IMG/VR virus record: IMGVR_UViG_3300010347_001950
DNA from: an uncultured virus (IMG/VR IMGVR_UViG_3300010347_001950)
Taxonomy: Duplodnaviria > Heunggongvirae > Uroviricota > Caudoviricetes
Reading direction: 5' to 3' (one strand)
DNA: 64,000 nt
Position 1 is the stretch's first letter. Each line of letters starts with the position of its first letter. Below the pieces are notes generated by a model. It saw only the letters and a program-made list of their open reading frames with translations, was not told the origin of the DNA and searched no databases. Shown piece by piece: positions 30,983-40,212 of the stretch. Both the position numbers and the translations under genes were made by a program.

Positions 30983-31604
30983 CAACTTTTTCTCCAAGCT
31001 TTAAATGATTCATCATTGCTTCAAGAATGAGTATTGCATTGTGCGCATCACTCATCGCGTCATGCTCTGTTCCTGCTTGTTGTATATTGTAATAGTCCAT
31101 TATACTTGACAGTTTGCACGATTCTTCAGAATGTCTACCAAAGAATTTTAGTTCTCTGAAAAAATGTTGTGTACAGTTCCAGTTGGTAGGATAAAATATG
31201 TTTGTTTCTGAGTATGACTTACATCGCTTAGCAAATTGTGACATAAACTTAGCATCAAAATCATCATTGTGTGCCCATATTCTGCCCATATAATTGTGGT
31301 CTTTGCCCATATACTTTTCCATAAAATCAATTAATTCTTTATAAACGACACACTCGTCTTTGCCGTTTTCGATCAAGTCATCAAGATCGAGTTTGTTTAT
31401 TTCAAGTGCCCCAATTGTTATACCTAGGTTTTTGTTTGGTTTTATTTTGCTTTGATAATAGTCATCCTCTACGAGTTTGAATAATTTGTTATGCACTTCT
31501 ATGTGGAATATAATTGCGGCAACTTGCAACAAACAGTGTTGGCTTTCATATAGTCCGCCTGTTTCACAATCTATCATTACATTGTAGTCTTTTTCTCCAG
31601 GCAT
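30957..31604 (-). CDS. DEDDh 3'-5' exonuclease (DnaQ/RNase T-like)
   Basis: IDCETGG, AHNDDFD, HDAMSDA; AAGGAG RBS. Confidence 0.9.
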   Translation of the reverse strand: MPGEKDYNVMIDCETGGLYESQHCLLQVAAIIFHIEVHNKLFKLVEDDYYQSKIKPNKNLGITIGALEINKLDLDDLIENGKDECVVYKELIDFMEKYMGKDHNYMGRIWAHNDDFDAKFMSQFAKRCKSYSETNIFYPTNWNCTQHFFRELKFFGRHSEESCKLSSIMDYYNIQQAGTEHDAMSDAHNAILILEAMMNHLKLGEKVVKMSDCSN

Positions 31605-31659
31605 AATATATAGTATCTCCTTGTTAATTTGTATAATTTTAAATAGGTTGGAATTGATT

Positions 31660-32469
31660 ATGACACAAACATCGCTGGTATTAATATGCAAAAGCTATGA
31701 AGAAATTCAAAAAAGCATTGTTAACATACCTAGAAACAGAAGTTTTACTAGATTTTTTATCTACGTATGCGATGACAAGGTAGACAGTGCAAAAGGATTA
31801 ACTACCAATAAGGATCGTTTCTTGTCAATGCCTGGTGTTAGTAACGATGCTATAATCAGGGCTGGCATATTATATTCTATCGAGGGAATCATTATTTTTA
31901 TAAATGCCGACAATTTGCCTTCTGTTGATGATATTCAAAACAGTATTGTTGAAATTATTCGCAACGGTTATATTTCAAATGAATATATAATTGGCGCAAC
32001 CAAGGCTTGGATTGTGCTGAATGGTTTTGGCATTTTTCAAGATCAAGATAATGGTGTTAGCGCCGATGATTCCAAGATAGGAATGGCTTTAATTGGTCAG
32101 GCTGTAAACAAGAATATTTTATTAAGAGCTATACGCGAAGTTATAAGTGATGAAAATTTTAGTATAGATATCACTGCCAAGAATGATAAGTTCCACGACC
32201 TATGGTTAGAACTAAGTCACTACATGAAGTCAATTGACGATGAATTACCAAATACAATCGCTATATCAGCAAATGCAAAAATAAATGATATGCATAATGC
32301 CATAAATAAAATCGGCGACAACGGAAGCATAATTATGGCTGCCACAGACGAACAATCGGAGTGGTGGCAAAGACACACCAAGCCTATATATATATTAAAG
32401 TGCACAGATGGTTTCCAAGTATTGATTTTTGATAAAAACACTACTATCGTCAAGAACCAATATCTCTAA
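31660..32469 (+). CDS. Hypothetical protein, possibly degenerate GT-A fold
   Basis: EGIIIFINADN resembles a GT2 DxD strand; TGTATAAT upstream. Confidence 0.5.
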   Translation: MTQTSLVLICKSYEEIQKSIVNIPRNRSFTRFFIYVCDDKVDSAKGLTTNKDRFLSMPGVSNDAIIRAGILYSIEGIIIFINADNLPSVDDIQNSIVEIIRNGYISNEYIIGATKAWIVLNGFGIFQDQDNGVSADDSKIGMALIGQAVNKNILLRAIREVISDENFSIDITAKNDKFHDLWLELSHYMKSIDDELPNTIAISANAKINDMHNAINKIGDNGSIIMAATDEQSEWWQRHTKPIYILKCTDGFQVLIFDKNTTIVKNQYL

Positions 32470-32993
32470 TAACATCGCGTAACTAAAGTTAGTTATATAA
32501 ATGGCGTTTTGTCGTAATCGCTGTGCTTTAACTACCCATCCCACAATAGAGCAAAATCCCATTTTCTGCAAAGAATCAGCACAAAACCTGTGAGATGGGT
32601 AGTTAATGCTATAAACCAGTATCAATATTATGTTGTCAAAGAGCTTTTGATATTATTTTGAGTGCGATATTGAATCTATATTTCTGCGGCTTGTTAATAT
32701 AGCACAGACGGCTTGTTGTTATCTAGCCTAATTTCTTAATGTGAGCACTTATTTATTATATATTTATATAATTTTATTATTACCCATATGCGGATGCAAT
32801 GATCCATTATAATATTCAGGTTCTCTTAAATTTTCGGTCAGACATCATGAGTTGCGCCCTAGAGAACCCAGTTTAAAGTGTGACGTTCACATGATATCCA
32901 TAAAGACCTATTAATCGGGTTAAGTTTCAGGCTCAACACTATGTATTATACAACAAAAAATCAACATTTGAAGTATTCTGCAGTATTCTTTTC

Positions 32994-33271
<278 letters not shown>

Positions 33272-33293
33272 ATTCTTGCTATATATGTAGTTA

Positions 33294-33314
33294 ACGCGCG
33301 CGCGTGCGCGCGCG
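33294..33314. repeat. Alternating (CG)n tract
   Basis: acgcgcgcgcgtgcgcgcgcg. Confidence 0.9.
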
Positions 33315-33835
33315 ATGGGACCCATATATGGTAGCAATATAGATACCTAATAGACTGCATATATAGAGCCATAATAGAATCATATTACTGCCATAATGGA
33401 GCCAATATAGCGTGCCTTAAATTGGTTTAAAAACAGCATATTTAAGGACACATTTTAAGTAACTTGAAATAGGGCTTATTAAACCCTATACCAATGTCCC
33501 CTTTTTGATAGTTAATAGCAGTTCAAAAATTGCACAATGTTTTTGCAATTTTTATAGAACAATACAATGTTGATATAACAAATGCAAGGCTATATAAATA
33601 TATCAGTGTGTTGAAATTATAAGCTTGCGGTCTTACCCAAGAGGCAATTCACTACCCAGTGTTGCGAATATCCGTTGTATTGTTGTTGGGATACATGGTG
33701 CAAGCCGCATAGAGATTTGCACAGAATCTGTATGAGTGTGTGATGGGTAGTTAGTATAGTCTGTTTTTGAGCGGTGTGTGGAAGGTAATATCTTCTGCCA
33801 AAAGGAATAATGAATACAATAGAGGTGGAAAATCA

Positions 33836-34876
33836 ATGTCAGGAATTTTTTCTCCTATAACTAATGAGCATAGATATTTTGAAAGTTCGATTAATACTAC
33901 TCCGATTGGGACTGGATTAACAACTAGCGATATATGGGTTACTGTTCCGTTTGTTAATTTTGGCAAAGTATCAAGAATTATTCTAACCGCACATAATGGC
34001 GTTGGCAGTTCGTCATATACTGGGAATGTTACAGTCGGGTTGTTGAAAGACGGAGCGGCATCGCGTTTGACAAATTCTCCGGTAGTGGGTGTGGCCAATT
34101 CGCTGAGCGTTGACAGCAGATGTGGGGTTTTTGAGTTTCATGATACTTATTATGAAGATATATATAGAACAAGAAAATTATATGTAAGAATTAATGGAAG
34201 CATACCTTTCCAACAAGGTTTATATTTTAATGTCAAGGTAGGCGGAACTCAACAACAACCTTATTGGAATCGTGAATGGGAAACAAATTATATCAAGCCA
34301 TATAAAGGAACAAGAATATATAGGCAGTTATCAAACGGAAGTATATACGATTTATCGTCCGAACTTAGTCAAAATGGTGATCCGTATACTTTTGGCGGTA
34401 GCGTAGACACAACGAAGCCATATACTGTACTGTCGAATTCATCTGAATATTTTTATATAGGAAGTGATGAAAAATTTGATACGGTTTATTTCGATATACC
34501 TACGGCATATAGAATTGGTGCGGGCAATACAATTGTAGCCAAAGAATATTGGAATGGATCTGCGTGGGCACCCATGACTAAAGTCAACGATAATACCAGC
34601 AATGGTCAGTATCCAAATTTAGTTAATTTTACTGATAGTACTGGATTCAATTTCAGCGGCGCTCTAAATTGGATTACACCATCAGATTGGTCTGTGTACA
34701 ATCTTCCAAACGATCCAATGGTTTTGTTGAGGAATGGGATTAATACTGGCGCTGTGCTCCCTATATATATAGGCGTTGTTAGACCCAAATATTGGATTAG
34801 ATTTAGTGTACCAGGGCTCACGCAAAGTTTAAGTATTACCAGAGTAGCGATATGTGCCATCCCTCAATCACGATAA
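33836..34876 (+). CDS. Putative virion structural protein
   Basis: GAGGTGG RBS; EYWNGSAW...PSDWS...YWIRFSV pattern common in phage structural proteins. Confidence 0.55.
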   Translation: MSGIFSPITNEHRYFESSINTTPIGTGLTTSDIWVTVPFVNFGKVSRIILTAHNGVGSSSYTGNVTVGLLKDGAASRLTNSPVVGVANSLSVDSRCGVFEFHDTYYEDIYRTRKLYVRINGSIPFQQGLYFNVKVGGTQQQPYWNREWETNYIKPYKGTRIYRQLSNGSIYDLSSELSQNGDPYTFGGSVDTTKPYTVLSNSSEYFYIGSDEKFDTVYFDIPTAYRIGAGNTIVAKEYWNGSAWAPMTKVNDNTSNGQYPNLVNFTDSTGFNFSGALNWITPSDWSVYNLPNDPMVLLRNGINTGAVLPIYIGVVRPKYWIRFSVPGLTQSLSITRVAICAIPQSR

Positions 34877-34958
34877 ATTATTAAATATTTTGTTTGAAAC
34901 AAAGTTGTATAACACAATATGCCTATATAGAAGCGACTATAAATTCAGATAGATTTAT

Positions 34959-35184
34959 AGAATAACGCCAGAAAACTATCGTGCTTGTCGTGGTGGATGA
35001 GAATGGCGTTTGTGTAAATACCATCAGAGACAATATGTTGTATAATTAATTATAAGTAATTCTGTATATGTGGAATGCTAGTATGAATATATTGAATTTT
35101 AGCAAAACATACCCCGATGGAGATTAATAATTTACGACAAAAACGCCAGAAAAACCAACGAACTTTATACGTTGGAGGACGCCA
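34959..35184 (+). mobile_element. IS200/IS605 mini-element remnant
   Basis: TTTAT|AGAATAACGCCAGAAAAC...TGGCGTT left end; agacaatatgttgtataatt; terminal hairpin CCAACG-aactttata-CGTTGG. Confidence 0.7.
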
Positions 35185-35197
35185 GATTGGAGAATAT

Positions 35198-35512
35198 ATG
35201 GAAACATTTGAAATATCTCAAGAAAAAATTAAAGAAATATTAGACAAGAAGAGAGAAGAAATAGAAAATATTATCTCTTTGCCAATAGATGATTTTAAAA
35301 AATACCTTAGAGAGTCTATTTTGCGAACTAGCATAATAGTAGATGGATATGACCAAGCTGGCGAAGACATTGGATTGCTGGATGGGATACTTTTCTCAAG
35401 TTTGTTGCTACTAAGGGAAACAATAAATAATACATTGCAATGGCTTGACAGACATTATGGATGTGATGTAACGCAAAACAACAATTGCGATGGAGGAGAT
35501 TTGGAGTTATGA
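35198..35512 (+). CDS. Hypothetical protein
   Basis: GGAG RBS before METFEIS. Confidence 0.65.
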   Translation: METFEISQEKIKEILDKKREEIENIISLPIDDFKKYLRESILRTSIIVDGYDQAGEDIGLLDGILFSSLLLLRETINNTLQWLDRHYGCDVTQNNNCDGGDLEL

Positions 35513-35638
35513 TATGATATGATATGTTAAGTACATCATATCATAATGTTAAACTGTGTAAGTGCACTAATTAATGGTAGTATGGCTAGTAAAGTACCAA
35601 AACGAACAATTAATAATCTGTAATCAATATTATAATAT

Positions 35639-36025
35639 ATGCAGAATGCTACAATGAGCAATATAGAAGAAAAAATCAAAGTATTTGATGCTTTAAAGCG
35701 AAAGAATATTGCCAATGTTAATATATCAGATATTGTAATAACGCAGAACGGAAATGTAATTTTGAAGTCCGGTGATAATTTAATAGCACTTGGGTGTATT
35801 TTGTGTATAATAAATGATGTTGAGCAAGATAGGCTTGGATACCCAATGATTTGTGGAGAAAGATTATTATATTTTGGAGATATTTATAGAATTAATGATC
35901 TGGACGAATCCGTAAAGTCAAATACTTGGTTGTGCCCAAAGTGCCATATACCTATCAGAAATATATATCCAAATTATAAATCAAACAAAGGAGAAATAAA
36001 ATATGTCGGCATACAAAGTAGTTAG
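35639..36025 (+). CDS. Hypothetical protein with CPKC motif
   Basis: 128 aa ORF overlapping the next gene. Confidence 0.6.
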   Translation: MQNATMSNIEEKIKVFDALKRKNIANVNISDIVITQNGNVILKSGDNLIALGCILCIINDVEQDRLGYPMICGERLLYFGDIYRINDLDESVKSNTWLCPKCHIPIRNIYPNYKSNKGEIKYVGIQSS

Positions 36026-36425
36026 GTGTGATATAGTTGATAAACAAACGTTATTGGAAGCTCTAGACAATCTTGGGTTACAATACGTAGTTAATGATTC
36101 GCCTCAGCATTTAGAAGGATATGAAAATTCGTTGAGAAAGCAGACGGCAGAGATTATTGTTAGCAGACATAATTTAAATAATTGTTTTACTGGGGCGAGT
36201 AATGATCTTGGATTCAAATGGAACGAAGATGAAAGAAAATATGATATGATTATCAGTGATTATGATGTGGACAATAATATTGGAAAGAGAATAATGCAAT
36301 CATATGCAGAGGTTGCAATTACCAAAGCCCTTGCTACAAATAAGTTCAATATAAACAAAATTAGTGGTAATTTGAAATCAAGAACAAGAAACAATGTTAA
36401 TATAGTAGCCACAAGAATTATATGA
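36003..36425 (+). CDS. DUF1257 (Ycf35-like) protein
   Basis: LLEALDNLG..., LEGY, AEIIV, SNDLGFKWN...YDMIISDYD...QSYA. Confidence 0.8.
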   Translation: MSAYKVVRCDIVDKQTLLEALDNLGLQYVVNDSPQHLEGYENSLRKQTAEIIVSRHNLNNCFTGASNDLGFKWNEDERKYDMIISDYDVDNNIGKRIMQSYAEVAITKALATNKFNINKISGNLKSRTRNNVNIVATRII

Positions 36426-36432
36426 TTTAGAG

Positions 36433-36651
36433 GTGAATAATATGGCGAAAAAGGTTGAGTTAAATATAGAAATTGATAAAGATGGGAAAATAGTTTGCGA
36501 ATCTATTGGGACATCTGGTCCAGAATGTTTAGATCTTATGTCTTTTATTGATAAAATACCTGGATTTGCTGTTGTAGATGTAAAACGTAAGTCAGAATTT
36601 AAAGATAAGAAAGTCCAAATAGCCACCACACAAACTATTACCAATGGATAG
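36433..36651 (+). CDS. DUF2997 protein
   Basis: IEIDKDGKIVCESIGTSGPEC...KSEF; usual partner of DUF1257. Confidence 0.8.
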   Translation: MNNMAKKVELNIEIDKDGKIVCESIGTSGPECLDLMSFIDKIPGFAVVDVKRKSEFKDKKVQIATTQTITNG

Positions 36652-36695
36652 TTAACAAATTTTAAACAACGGTTATAATTTGATATATCAATATA

Positions 36696-38015
36696 ATGTA
36701 CTTAACAAACATACATCCAAAAAATTATAAGACACATTATGCAGGGGTTGGTTTGTATGGTGAACTTGGATTTAGTGCATTAAATGATTCGTTGATATTA
36801 GTTAACGATGTATTATATCCATATAGCATAGGTGCACATGCCCCATCATGTGTGACATTTGATTTGGGTAATAAATATGATACTTTCATAACAAAAATTG
36901 GCATTAACCATTCCGCCAAAGATAAATATACAGGAACATGTGATTATTATGTGTATGCCGACGGTGTGCTTGTTGGTGCAGCACCAAAAGTTACAGTTTA
37001 TGATACGCCCAAATTGTACTGTAATATAAATAAATGCAAGGAATTGTCTCTAATAGCTAATACAAATAATCCCACTCACTGCCATAGTGTATGGCTGAAT
37101 CCTGTTTTATATACGTCTTCTTGCGACAAAAATATTTGTTGTTATGGCACGCATGTATATCAAAATAAGAAAATTAATCAAAATGCAACGTACTGTTTTG
37201 TTTCTGTAGTTACAAATGATTATATTGAATATTTTTTAAATTTATATAAATCGCTAATATATAGTTTATCTATCAAAGATTATATATATGTGGTTTATGG
37301 GATTGGATTATCTGAAGATAACATAAAGATATTAGAGGATATTGGTGTATTTGTAATTAATGCGAACGCAATATGCGATACAACAAATTTGTCTAGTAAG
37401 TTTTTAGCCCTTGATACATACAATATTGCTGATTGTGAATATTATATCTTCCTTGATACAGACATGCTTGTTGTTGACGACATATCTGATGTTCTTTCAT
37501 TTATTACCTCTTATTCTTCTAACCATATATCTATTTGTAGGCAAACGGATGTTGATATATATTATTCTTTTAAAGACGCACTTACAGACACAACCAACAA
37601 TTCATATAAAGACTATGATTTAACTATTAGAAAGCTGAAAATTGATCAAAATATATTAAGTTTTGCGCATGCCATTAATAGCGGCTTTTATATTATTGGC
37701 AGAGAAGCCATGTGCAAGGCTAATAATATTATTTCAAGATTATTGCCTGAGGCGTATGAATGGGAAAGAGAAAAATTATCAGAATGTTGGTGGAGAGAAG
37801 AAGCAATACTAACTGTTTGTATTGCAATGATGAATAATTGTAATATATTACCACAGTGCTATAACGTACAATTACAGACGAAAGATGTAAATTACGATAA
37901 CCATGGATTTTATTATAATAATCAAAGATGTAAAATATTACATATGGTTGGCAAATCCAAAGAAGAAAAATATAACAAGATATTAAATCAACTTAAGTTA
38001 CATTATGATTGGTAA
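36696..38015 (+). CDS. NPCBM/NEW2 carbohydrate-binding domain fused to a GT8-like glycosyltransferase
   Basis: IGAHAPSCVTFDLGNKYDTF..KIGI, VYADG; FLDTDMLV, INSG, YNVQ, ILH. Confidence 0.75.
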   Translation: MYLTNIHPKNYKTHYAGVGLYGELGFSALNDSLILVNDVLYPYSIGAHAPSCVTFDLGNKYDTFITKIGINHSAKDKYTGTCDYYVYADGVLVGAAPKVTVYDTPKLYCNINKCKELSLIANTNNPTHCHSVWLNPVLYTSSCDKNICCYGTHVYQNKKINQNATYCFVSVVTNDYIEYFLNLYKSLIYSLSIKDYIYVVYGIGLSEDNIKILEDIGVFVINANAICDTTNLSSKFLALDTYNIADCEYYIFLDTDMLVVDDISDVLSFITSYSSNHISICRQTDVDIYYSFKDALTDTTNNSYKDYDLTIRKLKIDQNILSFAHAINSGFYIIGREAMCKANNIISRLLPEAYEWEREKLSECWWREEAILTVCIAMMNNCNILPQCYNVQLQTKDVNYDNHGFYYNNQRCKILHMVGKSKEEKYNKILNQLKLHYDW

Positions 38016-38775
38016 GTATAATATAGAGTGCTGTGTTGGAATTAGGCACGTAGAATGTCTTGAAATATTATTTAAATATTTGTGTAATGAAATTGACTAT
38101 ATAGACAAAATTAATTTGCTAATTGCTAATAATTTTGTACTTTCTTATATTAATAATATTCTCCCGAGTATAATAAAACACAAATCTGTGATCAGACCAT
38201 TTAGTTGCATAGATTCTTGTGACATAGTAAGAAGTAAATATAAAACGAAAGACACTGTGTATATTTATATCGATGATGATATTTGCTATTTGTCTCCTAA
38301 TTTTATATCAAGATTGGTTAATTGGCACATTGAATGTAACAACATAATATCATATCCGTCCATAGCAAATACCGGAACAACTACATTTATATGGCAGGTA
38401 ATGGGTATTTTGCCATTATTTAAAAAAAATGATGTTATACAGGACAGTGATTATAAATGGATTGATTGTGCAAAAATAGATGCCAAAGATAGTGTGGTTA
38501 TACATAACAAATTTATTTATTCTGTTATAAATGAAATTGATTTATCATTTTATAGATATTATTTATACGACAAATATGAAATGTATAAACAGATTTATAT
38601 ATGGTTCGGCGGCGATGAATGTAATCAGCCGTCTGATATTCTTTTTGACAATTGTACTAATAAATTTTGCATAAACGGAGAGGTGTTTGCTTCTCATTTT
38701 GCGTTTAGAACGCACAGACAAGCTTTGAATAACTCTGGCATTATTAATAAATATAAAGATATTCTTGGTAAATAA
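38005..38775 (+). CDS. Putative glycosyltransferase
   Basis: VYIYIDDDICYL; HFAFRTHR. Confidence 0.55.
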   Translation: MIGKYNIECCVGIRHVECLEILFKYLCNEIDYIDKINLLIANNFVLSYINNILPSIIKHKSVIRPFSCIDSCDIVRSKYKTKDTVYIYIDDDICYLSPNFISRLVNWHIECNNIISYPSIANTGTTTFIWQVMGILPLFKKNDVIQDSDYKWIDCAKIDAKDSVVIHNKFIYSVINEIDLSFYRYYLYDKYEMYKQIYIWFGGDECNQPSDILFDNCTNKFCINGEVFASHFAFRTHRQALNNSGIINKYKDILGK

Positions 38776-38826
38776 TATCTTTATATTTCGAAGCGTGGGC
38801 ACTTCAGGTATTTCAAGTGCGGCATT

Positions 38827-39891
38827 TCATCCAGATGATTTCCACATGTATCTAAAGTATCTAGAGCGGCTTCCAGGCATCATATATTCCGGAGTTACTA
38901 TAGATAGTGTATTAGGATATTTATATTTTCCTACTAGCTTGAGTTGCTCTTGCCACATATCTTTGTATAGGGTAAGCAAAGAACTTATGTCTATACCGCC
39001 CGAAGATTCTCTACTACCAGCGCCCCCAGCCGCATCTGCTCCGCCCCCTCCTGTTAAAAGCAATTGCGTTTCTTTTTGTTGCATTCTGGTAGCTAAATTT
39101 CTAAGCAACCAGTATGTTGCTCCGGTGATAAGCACAGGATCGTAAATTACAGGCATGGTTCTAAGACTTCCTATTTTATTGACACCAGGCTGTAGATTTA
39201 TCATTTGCAATGAATAATTTAATGCATTGTTCATTTCTGATACAGTGAAGAATCTAACATTATAACTTGCGTAAATATAATCATATGGATAAATTGGCAC
39301 AGGGTTGTCACTTTCGTCTATAAAATATATTCTACTTGCATAATCAATTTTGTACTTCAGTCCGTCTTCGTAGTTCGATGTGCCAATGCCTATTGTTGAA
39401 TATATTGGTTCTGTTTCGCTTAATATTATATATGGGTCTGTTTCACCCTCTGTGTTTATGCCACTAATTCTAATTTCTGGTCTAGGATAATAATTCCAGT
39501 TTGCATACGCTGTATGCGCCGATGTTCTGCCTCTGTAAAATATTGGCTCTTCATCGTGCACTGGGATTCTCAAAAAATCTTGGATTTCATATGCCAGACT
39601 AGTTTTAATAAGTTCTTCTTCGCCAATCATTGGGCCGCTTGTGGAAATTATATTTCCGTTATTATCTATTTCTTGAATTTTGTAATAATCAGTTGGTGTG
39701 CCATTGGCATCTATATATTCGTTGATTGGGAATGCCACAGAATCAATAACCGAATATTCTCCGTTAAATGTATTCGATTTTAATATATTGTACGATTGTA
39801 CGTTAGAGGTGTTGATTCTATCCCAATTTATATATATACCTAAACTTGGGTCATCTGAAAATTTGATTAGTGGTATTTGCATTTGTGACAT
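38827..39891 (-). CDS. Putative neck / head-tail adaptor-like virion protein
   Basis: FN3-like N-terminus; helical C-terminal ALNYSLQMINLQP...VLITGATYWLL. Confidence 0.45.
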   Translation of the reverse strand: MSQMQIPLIKFSDDPSLGIYINWDRINTSNVQSYNILKSNTFNGEYSVIDSVAFPINEYIDANGTPTDYYKIQEIDNNGNIISTSGPMIGEEELIKTSLAYEIQDFLRIPVHDEEPIFYRGRTSAHTAYANWNYYPRPEIRISGINTEGETDPYIILSETEPIYSTIGIGTSNYEDGLKYKIDYASRIYFIDESDNPVPIYPYDYIYASYNVRFFTVSEMNNALNYSLQMINLQPGVNKIGSLRTMPVIYDPVLITGATYWLLRNLATRMQQKETQLLLTGGGGADAAGGAGSRESSGGIDISSLLTLYKDMWQEQLKLVGKYKYPNTLSIVTPEYMMPGSRSRYFRYMWKSSG

Positions 39892-39950
39892 ATTAAATGA
39901 CCTTTATACATTGTTACTATTGAATATATAAATGTTGTATTCCTGTTTGT

Positions 39951-40212
39951 AGAATAACACCAGAAATTCTCCATGGTTGTAGTAGAATATGAATAGTATT
40001 AATGGTAAATATCAAATAATTCAAAAATTAGAGTATGAGACGACAATATGTTGTATAATCGGGAAGCTTGAATATTAAAGATTTAGTGAGAATTAAACTA
40101 TTAAAGTTATTAAATGGTGTAGACACTGGTGTATTCTGTAGATTTTTAGAATACAAAGCGTTACGTACAAGCGGTTGAAATCAGAAGTTTCTGGGATTGT
40201 AACAAAGGAATT
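39951..40212 (+). mobile_element. IS200/IS605 mini-element remnant with TnpB RuvC-region fragment
   Basis: TTTGT|AGAATAACACCAGAAA; LNIKDLVRIKLLKLLNGVDTGVFCRFLEYKAL; gttgaaatcagaagtttctgggattgtaac. Confidence 0.8.

Noticed and set aside
32470..32850. Decayed gene on the minus strand
   Set aside because: Multiple stops in all frames and no recognisable motif; cannot be supported without a search
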